A stretch of DNA of 64,000 nt from the NCBI RefSeq assembly GCF_004010195.1, contig NC_057759.1:7051346-7115345 (forward strand), given 5' to 3'. Both the position numbers and the translations under genes were made by a program. Positions within the stretch are counted from its first letter, which is position 1; each line of letters starts with the position of its first letter. Below are positions 38,685-50,602 of the stretch, piece by piece. The notes under the pieces were generated by a model. That model saw nothing but the letters and a program-made list of their open reading frames with translations. It was not told the DNA's origin and did no database searches. The DNA is from Chiloscyllium plagiosum (Eukaryota).

Positions 38685-41621
38685 CAGAAAACATCCTGCG
38701 ATTCATGGCACTTATAAGCACTCCCATCGTGACTCAACCCGCCCCCGAGGAGGGAACGCAAATCAATCCTGCAAAGCCTTTGGAATGAGTTTTACCAGAG
38801 TTTAACTGCCAGTACTGAGGCTGAGTACACCTCTGCAGCTGTCATGACGATGACATATTGTCACGGCTCTTTCTGCCGTTAAGCAGCAAAATCTGTGAAT
38901 AAAACAGAAATCACGGTGTAAAATGAAAGCAAACAAGTCGTGCAGCCCACCAAGGCACAACGACTCTCCATTCCACCACCGTAATACCCATCCATTTTAT
39001 ATCTCTATTTTGCTTTCACCACATTTAACAACCGCTTTGTCCTTTCCACCAGCAGTGACATTTTCATTCACACTTCCCCGACCAAGGGTATCGTAAACAA
39101 CGTTTTTCCCATCACTTTCAGTTCTGAACAAGGATCACTGAAGTCGAAATGTTAACTGTGTTTCTCTCTGAGTTTCTCTGGCACTTCCATTCTTTATAAT
39201 CAGTAACATAGAACAATACAGCAGAGCTACTAGGCCCTTCTGCCCCCGATGTTGTCTCAAACAGAACACTAAATGAAGCTGATCACTTCTGCTTGCTCTT
39301 GGTCCATGTCACTCCATTCCTTGAATTATCAAACTCTTATCTAAAATTCTCTTAATAACCTGGACTGTGCCTGTCTCAACCTCCATCCTTGGCATTGCGT
39401 TCCAGACTCCTTTCACGCTCTGTGTAAAAACAGCTTGCACCTCTAATCTCCTTTAAACTTTCCCCTTCTCACCTTAAATGTATGCCCCCGATTATCAGAA
39501 ATATTAACTCTGGGCAATAGATTCCAACCGTCAACCCTATCTACGCAAAGCATAATTTTAAACTCTTCTGTCAAGTTTCCCTTCGGCCTCAGCCGCTCAA
39601 GAGAAAAACAAATCCAAGTTTTTCTAGCTTCTCATTATAGTAAATTCAGGCAACATCCTGATAACCGTATTGTATTTCCTGCCAAATCCTCCATATCCTT
39701 CCTGTAAGGTGGCGAATACAATTGAACACGAAACTCTAAGTATGGCCTAACCACTGCCATATGAATCTGCAATATTACTCCCTGACTCTTGTACTCATTT
39801 CCCTATTCAATGAAGGTAAGCATGGTGTATGACTTCTTCACCAACCTCTCTACTTACATGACTGCTTACACCGAGCTATACACTTGAACCACAAGATCTC
39901 TCTGTATATCAATGCTGAATTCTGAACTGAATGATTTTCCTTAACATTTGATCTCGCAAAATGTCGCAACTCACATTTACATGGATTTCACTCCATATGC
40001 CATTTCTCTGTCAATATCTGCAACCGATCTGGATCCCTTTGTATCCTGTGACAGCCTTCTACACTACCCATAACTCCACCAATCTTTGTATCATTTGCAA
40101 ACGTACTAACCCACCGTCTGCAACTTTTATGTAAGTCGTTAATGTAATCAAAAACAACAGAAATCCTAGAACACCACGAGACACTGACCTCCAGCCTAAA
40201 AACCGCTAATCCACCACTACCCTTTGTCTTCTTTAGGCAAGCCCATTCTGAATTCACGCAGCAAAGTCACTCTGGATCCCACTCATTTCAATCTTCTTGA
40301 CTAGCCAGCCAAGAAAGGCCTTTTCAGAAGCCTTACTAACACCTATGTAAATAACACCCACAGCTCTACACTCATCGATTGTCAGCTCCTTGTAAAATTC
40401 AATCAAATTAGAAGATATGAGCTGTCCTGCAAAAAGCCGGACTGACTGTCCCTGATTAGACCATGATTTTCTAAATGTGCACAAATCCTACCCTAGGAAT
40501 TCTCTCCAATAGCTTGAAGAGCACTGATGTGAGTTTCACTGGTCTATGGTTTCCTGCGTATTCTCTATTTTCCTTCTTTAACAAAAGAACAATATTAGCT
40601 GCCTGCCTGTCCTCCATCATCTCTCCATTAAACAGCGAGGATATAAAATCTTACCAAAGGCCCCAGAAAATTCCCTCTATTTCCTCTCTCAATAAATGGT
40701 GTTGATAAAATCAGGCCTTGGGGTATATATCATAGGGCCCTGAGGACGTATCCACCTTAATGCTCTTCAGGAGACGCATCATCACTTCATTCTTGATCTC
40801 AACATGCTGTGGCATATTCGTATGCTTATTGCACATCTCACTAATTTCTTCATATCCTTTTCGTGGATGAATACCAATGCTCATTTAGGATCTTACCCAC
40901 ACCTTCTGCCTCCAAACTTAAGTTCCTTCCGTTTTTCTTGACTGGTCCTACAGTCTCCCTTGTTATCCTCTGTTTACACTGTGACCTGCTGATTTTCCTC
41001 CGCACTTTCTGTGTTTATAATCAATAACGTTAACTCTGTTTTTTTCTTTGTCTCTCCCTCTCTCTCACTCACTACTGTTTTTCTTTAGTCTTTTGCTCAT
41101 GCTCACACTCGCGATTCAGAAAGTAACATTGTGAAAACATAAATTTGCATATAATAATTTTTGGCCACATGGTGGAAACGTCTTAATGTGATATTTCCAA
41201 TGCTATATGTGCTACTGACCCAAATGGTTTTATTTTACAGCACAGAGTATTTCTTTTAAGATATAAGTGGTCTGACAGTCAGTGCTGACATGGGACCAGG
41301 AATGCGATATTCTGAATTGCAGCATTCATTGACACAAAAACTGTGGAGGATGCTGCACGTCTGGAAAACAAAAAAACAGGAAGTACTGGAAAGACTCAGC
41401 AGAGACAGAACAGAGTTAAAGTTACACATTTTCGATGCAGAAACTCAGCAGGTCTTTCAGCATTTGTGAATAGAGACAGATCAGAGTTAAAGTTACAGAT
41501 TATCGATACAGAAAATACTGAAGAATATCATCAGGTCTTTATTTTTGTTTGCGTAAATAGACACAGAGCAGAGTTTAATATTACAGGTTTTAAACACAAA
41601 AAGCGCAGGTGTTGTGTGTGA
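35053..41621. repeat. Tandem duplication, two ~3.3-kb units (35053-38351, 38352-41621)
   Basis: Collinear similarity throughout (CR1 tail, GA microsatellite, unique sequence, minus-strand CR1, short array); TGTGTGA at all three boundaries. Confidence 0.95.
35920..37680 (-). mobile_element. Old CR1 fragment (duplicated at ~39205-40970)
   Basis: KIGGVMGSVEGC...KWQMEWNPCKCEVLHF remnants. Confidence 0.85.
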
Positions 41622-44600
41622 CCAATCTCCTGCATCCATTATAAGGACGGTGAACAGTTCTGTACGGTACTGCAGATGCAGAAGCACCAATCCCCATGTA
41701 TAGCTGAAGCATAGCCTCCCTAACATTAAATTCCCGTCACAATGATCCAGAGCATCCTATGAGCTTTCCTGATTGCTTGCTGTAGCTGTGCACCAACCTT
41801 CTATTCTTACAGAACTAATTTCCTGTAATGTGCTGATTTCCCCACTGGCAGTTTCTCAGAAAATTACGTGTGTTGTAATTTTATTCTAAAAGAGAAAGGG
41901 GAACTACAGGGGTAGAAGGAACAGCTGTGACGCTCTTTCGATTCAGTTTCCACTCAATGTCCCAGTCAGTCCCCGGTCCCTGGGGGCCACTGAAAACAGC
42001 ACGAGTGCTGGAACCATTTTTAGCAGCGGGCGCTGTGGGGCAAGAGGTTCCCATTCTGTAAATGTCATGTTCAGTGGAGCAGAGAGGGGCAGAGAGGGAT
42101 TGAGCAAGTCAAATTATGTGTTGGAAAGAGAAATTTGAAGTGCCGACTGATGGTTGCTCATGTACAAGTTATATAAAAGACTAGAGGCTTCACTGCATCG
42201 TGTCTGCTGTATGAGCGTAAGGCAACTTAAGAACACAGGTCCACTATACTTCAACGCTCAGATTGGACTCAAAAAACCACAATGGATGTTGGCAACTAAG
42301 TTCAACAGCAGAGACAATACCTCCGCTCAGAGTATAAAGTCAACTTATTATCTCAATGGGGAGAAACTTCAGAGTGATTCAGAAAAGAGGGACCTGGTTG
42401 TCCTTGTGCATGAATTTCGGAAAACGAATGAGAAAAATTCCATGAGTCTGTTATCCTATAACAAATTCCCGTTTTATTTCTATATGCATAGTACATGACA
42501 CTGACCCACCTGGCTCAGAGTCGGACCCTAGAGTGAACAAAACCCCTTTGGCAGCCAGGACTCTCTAATCCGACCAGGATAACAGCCAGAATCAGGGAAA
42601 CTATATTCTGATGGAATACACATCCATCAAAATTTCACCATTTCATTAACACTATAACTCCTGAGCCCTGGTTTAACGTGCATGACTTCCTTTCGTACCT
42701 TTATGCACCTACCCATTGTTGATAAAAAGTCAACTATTAAATAAAAAGGATTTGTTGTTGGACATAGTTCCAAGAATGGAGTTATCTCTAGTCAGGTTTA
42801 AAAGTTAAAAACAAAAGCAAATCACAAATGTTAAATCTTAACCCTTGTGGGAAAAGAAAGCACGACTTAGACAATAACTCCATTGAAATAATGATCTAGT
42901 ATTGCACTGAAATGCTACATCATCTGACAATGTTTCCCACTAAACTTGCGTCAGAATTCAGGCACATATAAATTATTTTCTCAGTTACTTACACCGCTGT
43001 TTTGATGGAACGAAAAAATCCAACTCATAGTTGCACACAACATCCCGTGTCAGGAATGGATAGGTGTGGATTCTTCCCAGAACATTAACAGTCCTGAAGC
43101 TAGCAGCCTCTCCAATCGCCTCTCTCTCTACAGAGTGTGTGAACCACACTGATAAACTCTGCATGAAGAATCTGTACGCTATTTCCTCTTAAAAGTAATC
43201 TTTTAATCACTCACCACAACCAGTGGAGTGTTTTTGTTTTCGCAAGATGTGTGAAAGCAGTATTGCAATTACAACAAAATAAGAACTGAAAACGGGCACA
43301 GAAATTAAACAAGATTGCTATTTCAGACGGGTGGGTAACACTACTTCTTGGATTTGCATTTCACCCCGCAGTGTGCAGTGGGCAGATCTCTGCCTGGAAC
43401 CTTCACTTTATAAGTGAAGTACAACGTGTCCTTCCAAATGTGTTACGCCTAGCAGAGGGAATCTGTCACTGGAGACAACACTTCAACATTTCTGACATAA
43501 CCACGATAACCACATAACCTTCTTGCCATTGTCTGTTGCCTTCAACTCAAAAAAAGAGAAATGATTATAATCCATCAGCACAAGTTCTAAAAGTTTGAAC
43601 TCATGTGTATTGCTGAGAGATAAAGAAGTTCACCTTGTGTGAAAATGAGAATCAGCAGATACACGCACACACAAGCAATGGTTACTGTCACTGCCCATAC
43701 TGTTCACAGCGTGGAATTACAGATTGGAACTGGACTAGTGTATCATGTGGTATGGAAAGATTCTTGGGTCCCAGAACATTTTGTGAAGATCGACAGAGCC
43801 AAAGGGGGAGTAATTTCTTTAATACTGCACCTTGGATCAGCTTATTTTCTCTGTCGAATTTATCGGCATGTAGTTGACAGTTCTCTAACCAATCTGTGTC
43901 AAGTACCGACTGGAAGATGGTTATTTAAGTTCTGGGTAGCTTGTGACAGCAAAAAGCAGGAAAACAGCTTGGCAGCAAAAATGTGAAGGTGGACTATTAT
44001 TTGATTGACTGTGAACTGAGATAGTGGAATTTTAAACCAGGCTTGGGTGTCCCTTGAACACCAGTCGCTGGAAATGTACACTGCAGACACAACAGACAGT
44101 AAAGAAATTGTATTGGCATTCATAGCAACATGATTTATTAGCGCAATCTAATTTAGAAATGTGCAAACTAATGAACAAATCAATGAATTCGAACTGCTTT
44201 AGATATATTCGATAAGTAGTCTCCCCGCCTTGTCTTAAGCCAGGGTGAGCCCTCGCATTTAGAGCTCGAGTCCACCTTCCAAGTCGCATGACTCTGACCA
44301 ATAGTGGAAGGTTCCATAGTGAAGGATACCAAGAACTGTGAAATTTCGCTGATGTACTGCCATAAATCTGACATTGCGTGCTGAATTGCTATTCTGAAAA
44401 CGTTCCCAAGCTTTCCTTTTTGCTAGGTGATCACATACATATCCAGGTGTTGATGCAAAACAGCCTTTTCCCAAGATAAGGCAAGCTTATTGCCAGTCAA
44501 AACAGGCTGCTTACACATGAACAAAAACGGAAGGTGCTGGAACAGCACAGGAAGTCTGATGGCATCTGTGAAGATAAATCAGAGTTAACATTTCGAGTCA

Positions 44601-44901
44601 TGTGACCCTTCCTCCGAACTGATGATAGCTCGGAAAATGTATGTTTATACACCGAAGATAGTGTCAAGACAGATAGAAAAGCGTAAACGATATGTATGGA
44701 TAGTACCCAAAGAGATTGAGAAAACAGTTGGACAGATAAAGAAGTCGATAATGATTTGTTTGGGAGGGTAAATAGCTGTTAATGGAGACTGTTAGTGGAT
44801 AACAATAGGTAGTGTTCAATGGCAGGGCATGTGATAAGAAGCCTAGTGTGTTGGGTAAGAGGCTAGGACACAGTGGAATACTGGACCTAAAATTATTGAA
44901 T

Positions 44902-45450
44902 TCTGGGTTAGTGGTGCTGGAAGAGCACAGCAGTTCAGGCAGCATCCAAGGAGCAGTAAAATCGACGTTTTGAGCAAAAGCCCTTCATCAGGATTAAAGG
45001 CAGTGAGCCCGAAGCGTGGAGAGATAAGCGAGAGGAGGGTGGAGGTGTGGAGAAAGTAGCATAGAGTACAATGGATGAGTGGGGGAGGGGATGAAGGTGA
45101 TAGGTCAGGGAGGAGAGGGTGGAGTGGATAGTTGTAAAAGGAGATAGGCAGGTAGGACAAGTCCGGACAAGTCATGGGGACAGTGCTGAGCTGGAAGTTT
45201 GGAACTAGGGTGAGGTGGGGGAAGGGGAAATGAGGAAACTGTTGAAGTCCACATTGATGCCCTGGGGTTGAAGTGTTCCGAGGCGGAAGATGAGGCGTTC
45301 TTCCTCCAGGCGTCTGGTGGTGAGGGAGCGGCGGTGAAGGAGGCCCAGGACCTCCATGTCCTCGGGAGAGTGGGAGGGGGAGTTGAAATGTTGGGCCACG
45401 GGGCGGTGTGGTTGATTGGTGCGGGTGTCCCGGAAATGTTCCCTAAAACG
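44902..45450 (-). mobile_element. Penelope-like element 3' fragment
   Basis: RFREHFRD...VAQHFNSPSHS...RRLEEERLIFRLGTLQPQGIN; homologous to 26046-27148. Confidence 0.88.
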
Positions 45451-45540
45451 TTTCCTGTACAATAGCCCATACATAGACGCTATTCACATTAATTTTGAAT
45501 ACAGTTTAAAAAAAAATTCAACTACTTGTTTTCAGCATCT

Positions 45541-45890
45541 ACACCATGCCACGACCAGAGTCCCGCTGCAGGCTTACCAGCCTATGCCATGCAGCTGAGA
45601 GTGATCCCTTCGGGCTTGCGATCCCATGCCATGCAGCCGAGAGTGTCACGCTCAGGGATTCCCAACCCACATCATGCAGCCGAGCGTATCTTCCTCCGGG
45701 CTTCCCACCCCACGCCAGTGCTGCCAAGAGGGTCCAGCTCCGGGCTTTTCAATCCTCAAAGTGCAGCTGAGTGTGTCTCGCTCCGGGATTTCCAACCTAC
45801 GCCATGCAGCCTTCGAGCTATCCAACCTACACCATGCCATAGAGAGGATTTTGCTCCAGGCTTCTCAGCACATGCTATGCCTCCATGAGG
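45541..45890. repeat. Degenerate GC-rich minisatellite, ~43-bp unit x ~8
   Basis: Units resemble gccatgcagccgagagtgtc..gctccgggcttcccaacccac. Confidence 0.85.
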
Positions 45891-46189
45891 TTCCTAGTCC
45901 ATGCTCAAGTGGGAGTCCTGCACTAGGTTTCACAGACTGACCAGTTCTGTAGGCACACTGTCTCTGAAGATGCCTCCACTGGTCCAGAATCCATCGAAGC
46001 CATCTCCTGCTAAACTCTCGTCAATAGGTAAGTTTGAGAAGAAATGTGAAGAAGGGAAAAGGAAAAGAAAAGAAATGTGCAGTGGAGAGGGTAAGTCCAG
46101 GTGCAGATGTCCATGCTCCTTACTCTGCTGCCGCGATGTTGAATTAGAGATGTTGTGAAAAGTATTGATTTGCATGCTAACCAGACAAA

Positions 46190-46750
46190 TCATATCTTAC
46201 AAAAGTACATCAGGGTATTGTAACATAATGCAGATTATCGTGTTACCGATAGAGAGTAGGTGCAGTAAAAGATCAACACTAATATAAGAGAGGTTGCATT
46301 CATTAATCTGATTACAGCGGAGAAGAAGCGATTCTTAATTCAGTTGGTATATGATTTCATCATTTTGTATCTTCTGCCTGATGGGAGGGGATGGAAGGAG
46401 GGCAATTACGTTGTGAAGAGTCCTGGATTATGTTGGTTGCTTTCCCAAGTCAGTGGGAAGGATAGACAGAAGCCATGGGTAAAAAATTAGTTTTAATATC
46501 GGACTCGACCGAGTTCACAACTCTCTTTTATAACTTGTGGTCTCGGACAAAGCAGTCGCCACACCACGTTGTGATTCAACCAGATAGGATGGTCTCTCTG
46601 GTGCACCTATCAAAATTTGGAAAAGTCATTGTAGATAGCACGTAGAGGCATTGGTGCACTTTCTTGACTGTCGTGTCGATTTGGATGAAGCAGAATAAAT
46701 TATTGTCAATATTTACTCCTAGGACATTGGAGCTCTTGATCACCTCCACC
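46190..46750 (-). mobile_element. Old LINE 3' fragment, probably Rex/Babar clade
   Basis: The pattern aatctgattacagcggagaagaagcgattctt...ttttgtatcttctgcctgatgggagggg...gtagaggcattggtg resembles, from recall, reverse-strand Rex1/Babar 3' ends. Confidence 0.55.
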
Positions 46751-49700
46751 ATTGATAAAGATTTAATTTTAAAATAAAATCACTATGTTGTGAATTCAGT
46801 GAAAGCGAGGCAGGTTTAGCTGGGCTTGTTCGTTTGTGTCTTTATCAACACGAATTGCAAAGTCAAGGTATTGGCTGGGTCAGGAGCTGATCAGAAATTA
46901 AATCTGAAATCTGGCATGAGTCCTAACATGTAATTGAAGACAAGGAAATCACTGTGCGCTTTATACATCAATGATGGAACAGTCTCAAGGGGCTGAATGA
47001 CCTCCTCTTCTCCCTTATTCCATATGAGCTCACACTTCGAGGATGTTCCCTTAACTGGAAAAGATTTGTTACAATTCATCCACTGCAATGTCATGCAGGT
47101 AAACGCACATTGCCTGGATCAATAATAAATGTGTATTCATTCAAGAATAAAATGCCGTCACTTGAACTGACATATACTATTTGACAGCGGACTGAAGAAT
47201 TAGGCCATTGAGTCCCTCGAGCCTGTTCCGCCATTCAGTGATCAATCTGTCAGCTAACTTTGCAGACTTACCATTAGCCTCTCTCACCTTTTTACCTTCG
47301 CTTAATGAAAAATTCTCTCTCTCCAATCGAAAACTAACAACTGGTCCAGCATCCACTGCCATTTGTGGAAGAGAATTCCAAATCATTACCACCCTTTGTG
47401 TGCAGAAGTTCCTCCAAACAACCTTCCTCAATGGTATGGATGCAAAATATGAAAATCTAAGATCTCGGTGGAATAATTTGCTCCAACTGTGAGCTGTTTC
47501 CAAGGAGACGATCATGTCAATGGTGAACTGCACTGTGATCCCTTGAAGAAACCATTGAGTTCCCCTTCATTGATCAGCTCATCTTTCTCTCTTTGACTGT
47601 CACTGACAAATTTTCTTCAACACAGAAACGTAGAAGATGGCAGGAGGAGGGCATTCTGCCGTTCAAGCCTGCTCTGCCCGTTCGATGTAATTGTCAGTGA
47701 TCATTGAATTCAGTACCCTCATCTTGTCCTATGCTCAATTTTCCTTATGAGACATGAGTTATAATCTTCCTGAAAGCACAATGGTTTGGCATGAAATACA
47801 TATGCTCAACACTCTATGGGGGAAAGACATTTCTCGTTATCTCATTTCTAAATTGCCTAATGTCTTTCTTTAGACAGTCACCCTTGTTCTGGACGTCTCC
47901 ACCATCAGGAATATCCTTTCTGCATCTACCCTGTCTCGTCCTATTAGAATGTTATAGTTTTCTATCAGATCCCCTTCTCGTTCTTCTAAACTCCAGTTAA
48001 TATAATCCTCCCTGATCCATTTGCCATCCCAGGAATCAGTCTGGGAAATATTCGTTGCATTCCATTCATAGTCACAATATTCTTCATTAGATAAGGAGAG
48101 CCAAACTGCACACTCAATACTCCAGGCATAGCCTCGAACCACTGGCCGTGTGTTTTCTAACTTTTTCACTTTGAACACTACAACCACAGAATAAGACAAT
48201 AAGAACCAGGAACAGCAGTAGGCTATTCGGTCACTTCAGCCTGCTCCAGCATTCAATAGGATCATGGCCCATTTAACTTTCCTGCCCTTTCATTCCCTTG
48301 ATTCCTCAACTGATCAAGAACCTATCTGTCTCTGCTTTCAATATATGCAAGGGCTCTGTCTTCACACAGCTCTCTGTGAGAAGTAGTTCCAAAGACTCAT
48401 AACACTCTGAGTGAAGAATCCCTCCTCATTTCAGTCTTCAGTTGGTGCCCCTTTATTCTGAGATTGTGCCATCTGGTCCGAGACTCGCCCATGAGGGATA
48501 AACATCCTGTCAGCATTGACCCTGTCATACCCCTATTGGTTTCAAAGGGATCATCTCATTCTCGTATGTGCCAGTGAGTAGAGTCCCAATGTTTTCAGCA
48601 TTTTCTCGTAAAACAATCCCTCTATACCAAGGATTATGCTAATGAAACTTGCCTGGACTGCTTTCAATGAAGTGATATCTTTTCTGAAATAAGGGGAGGA
48701 AAACTGCTCACAATGCTGCAGATTTGGTCTCACCAGCACCTTGATACAGTTACAATAAGGCTTCCATACTCCTATACTCCAAGCCCCTTGAAGTATGGAC
48801 CAACATTCTATTATCCCTCCCTGATTACTTGCTGCCCTTTGTGCTAGCTTTCTGTGTTTCATGCACAGTTCCCCCCAAAATCCCTTTCTGTTAGACCGTC
48901 TTGTGTTTATCTCCTTTTTAAAAAAATTCGGTTCTCTTGTTTTGGAGGCCAACTATTATCCACAAATCCAGTTTCTATGACTTCAGTTAGCCACGGTTTG
49001 CGATGCCCGGCCTTATCCCAATTTTGCACAATTCCAAGTAACATGGTACAAGCTTCTTGCCCCTTTGAGATCTATACATGACTCACCTTCTTTGTTTATA
49101 TATCGATGCTGGGCCGCTTAACACTTAATTTAGCTTAAAATGGACACAAAGCGCAAACGTTTTGATGAAGACAGTGTTGGTGAATACCCACAAAAGGTTA
49201 AGATTTTTAAAAATAAATAATGCAGTAAAGGGTAAAGTTAATAACATCATGATTGGAGGAGCCAATGTTGGACTGGGGCGTACAGTGTTAAATGCAAACA
49301 TCACAAACCCGTTCAGTCCAGAGTGAGCACAGGTATAATAATATACTGTCCAATGTATTTTATTGTTATTTCATGTTGCTAAAGTCTAGTTGTACGTAAT
49401 TTCTCAATTAGACATGACTTTACATATGTGTGTGTAAACGGAAAACGAGTTATATACACAGTTCATTGCTATCTCCATTTTCGGCTATCCGTAGTAAGTC
49501 TCGGTACTGTAAACTACTTCACATTTTTCCACACCATACCCCATTTGTCAACTTATTGCCCCTGACTTATTCAAATAAAATCTCTCTGTAAGCCATTTGT
49601 ATCCCTCTTGCCACTTGCCTTTCCACATATTTGTGAGTCTTCTGTAAGTTTGGTTACAGTCCAATACACTTCCTTCCCTCAAGTTATGTTTAACTAACCT

Positions 49701-50050
49701 TCAGGATGTCCAGTCTGGCCTTGTGATGTAGTCTTTCACAGACTTCAACATTCATTGATTGGTCGTAAGTCATTGAAAACACAACAGCTCCCAAAAAGTA
49801 AATTCTTTCGATTAGAATCATTGGACGTTTTAATGCATGCATCTGAACTCATCCTATCACCTCTCCACATAATCAGTACTGTGCAGTATATTCATTGCAA
49901 AAACTCTCCAGGGCACCTCTGTCATTACTTTCAAAATCAGCAATTGCAGAGATCTACACAATGAATTGGAAGACGATCAACTAAATATTCTCCTCAAATG
50001 CAACCCGTTGTTGCAGCTGGGAGTCCTTGAATCGACTGTACATATTTGTT

Positions 50051-50241
50051 CTGAAAATGTGTTGCTGGAAAAGCGCAGCAGGTCAGGCAGCATCCAGGGA
50101 GAATCGACATTTCGGGCATAAGCCCTTCTTCAGGCCCGAAACGTCGATTCTCCTGTTCCCTGGATGCTGCCTGACCTGCTGCGCTTTTCCAGCAGCACAT
50201 TTTCAGCTCTGATCTCCAGCATCTGCAGACCTCACTTTCTC
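50051..50241. mobile_element. Short hairpin Penelope-derived insertion with 15-bp TSD
   Basis: Same inverted arms; direct repeat ctgtacatatttgtt at 50036-50050 and 50242-50256. Confidence 0.85.
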
Positions 50242-50349
50242 CTGTACATATTTGTTGCCAGTTCACAGATCTTCAGGTTCCACTGATGGAAATTTTGCAT
50301 TCTTGTGATCCAGTAGAAGTGAACATGCATGATCATTATAAAATGAAAA

Positions 50350-50602
50350 CATGCATTAAATTACAAAGTCAGCTTAAACAAAGATAAAGAATATGAGACC
50401 TCAATAGTCTAACTGAAATATTCTTGTTCGAACAAAAGCTCATGGATTTAGGATTTTGTGATGCTAAACCTTCATCATGCATTAAATTACAAAGTCAGCT
50501 TAAAACAAAGATAAAGAATATGAGACCTCAATAGTCTAACTGAAATATTCTTGTTCGAACAAAAGCTTATGGATTTAGGATTTTGTGATGCTAAACCTTC
50601 AT
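50350..50602. repeat. Near-perfect 126/127-bp tandem duplication
   Basis: catgcattaaattacaaagtc...gctaaaccttcat occurs twice, with one indel and one substitution. Confidence 0.95.

Noticed and set aside
43635..43986. Plus-strand ORFs of 80 and 115 aa
   Set aside because: No recognisable domain or splice context.
45541..45890. CRISPR-like array
   Set aside because: Units diverge along their whole length with no constant-repeat/unique-spacer pattern; eukaryotic context with no cas genes.
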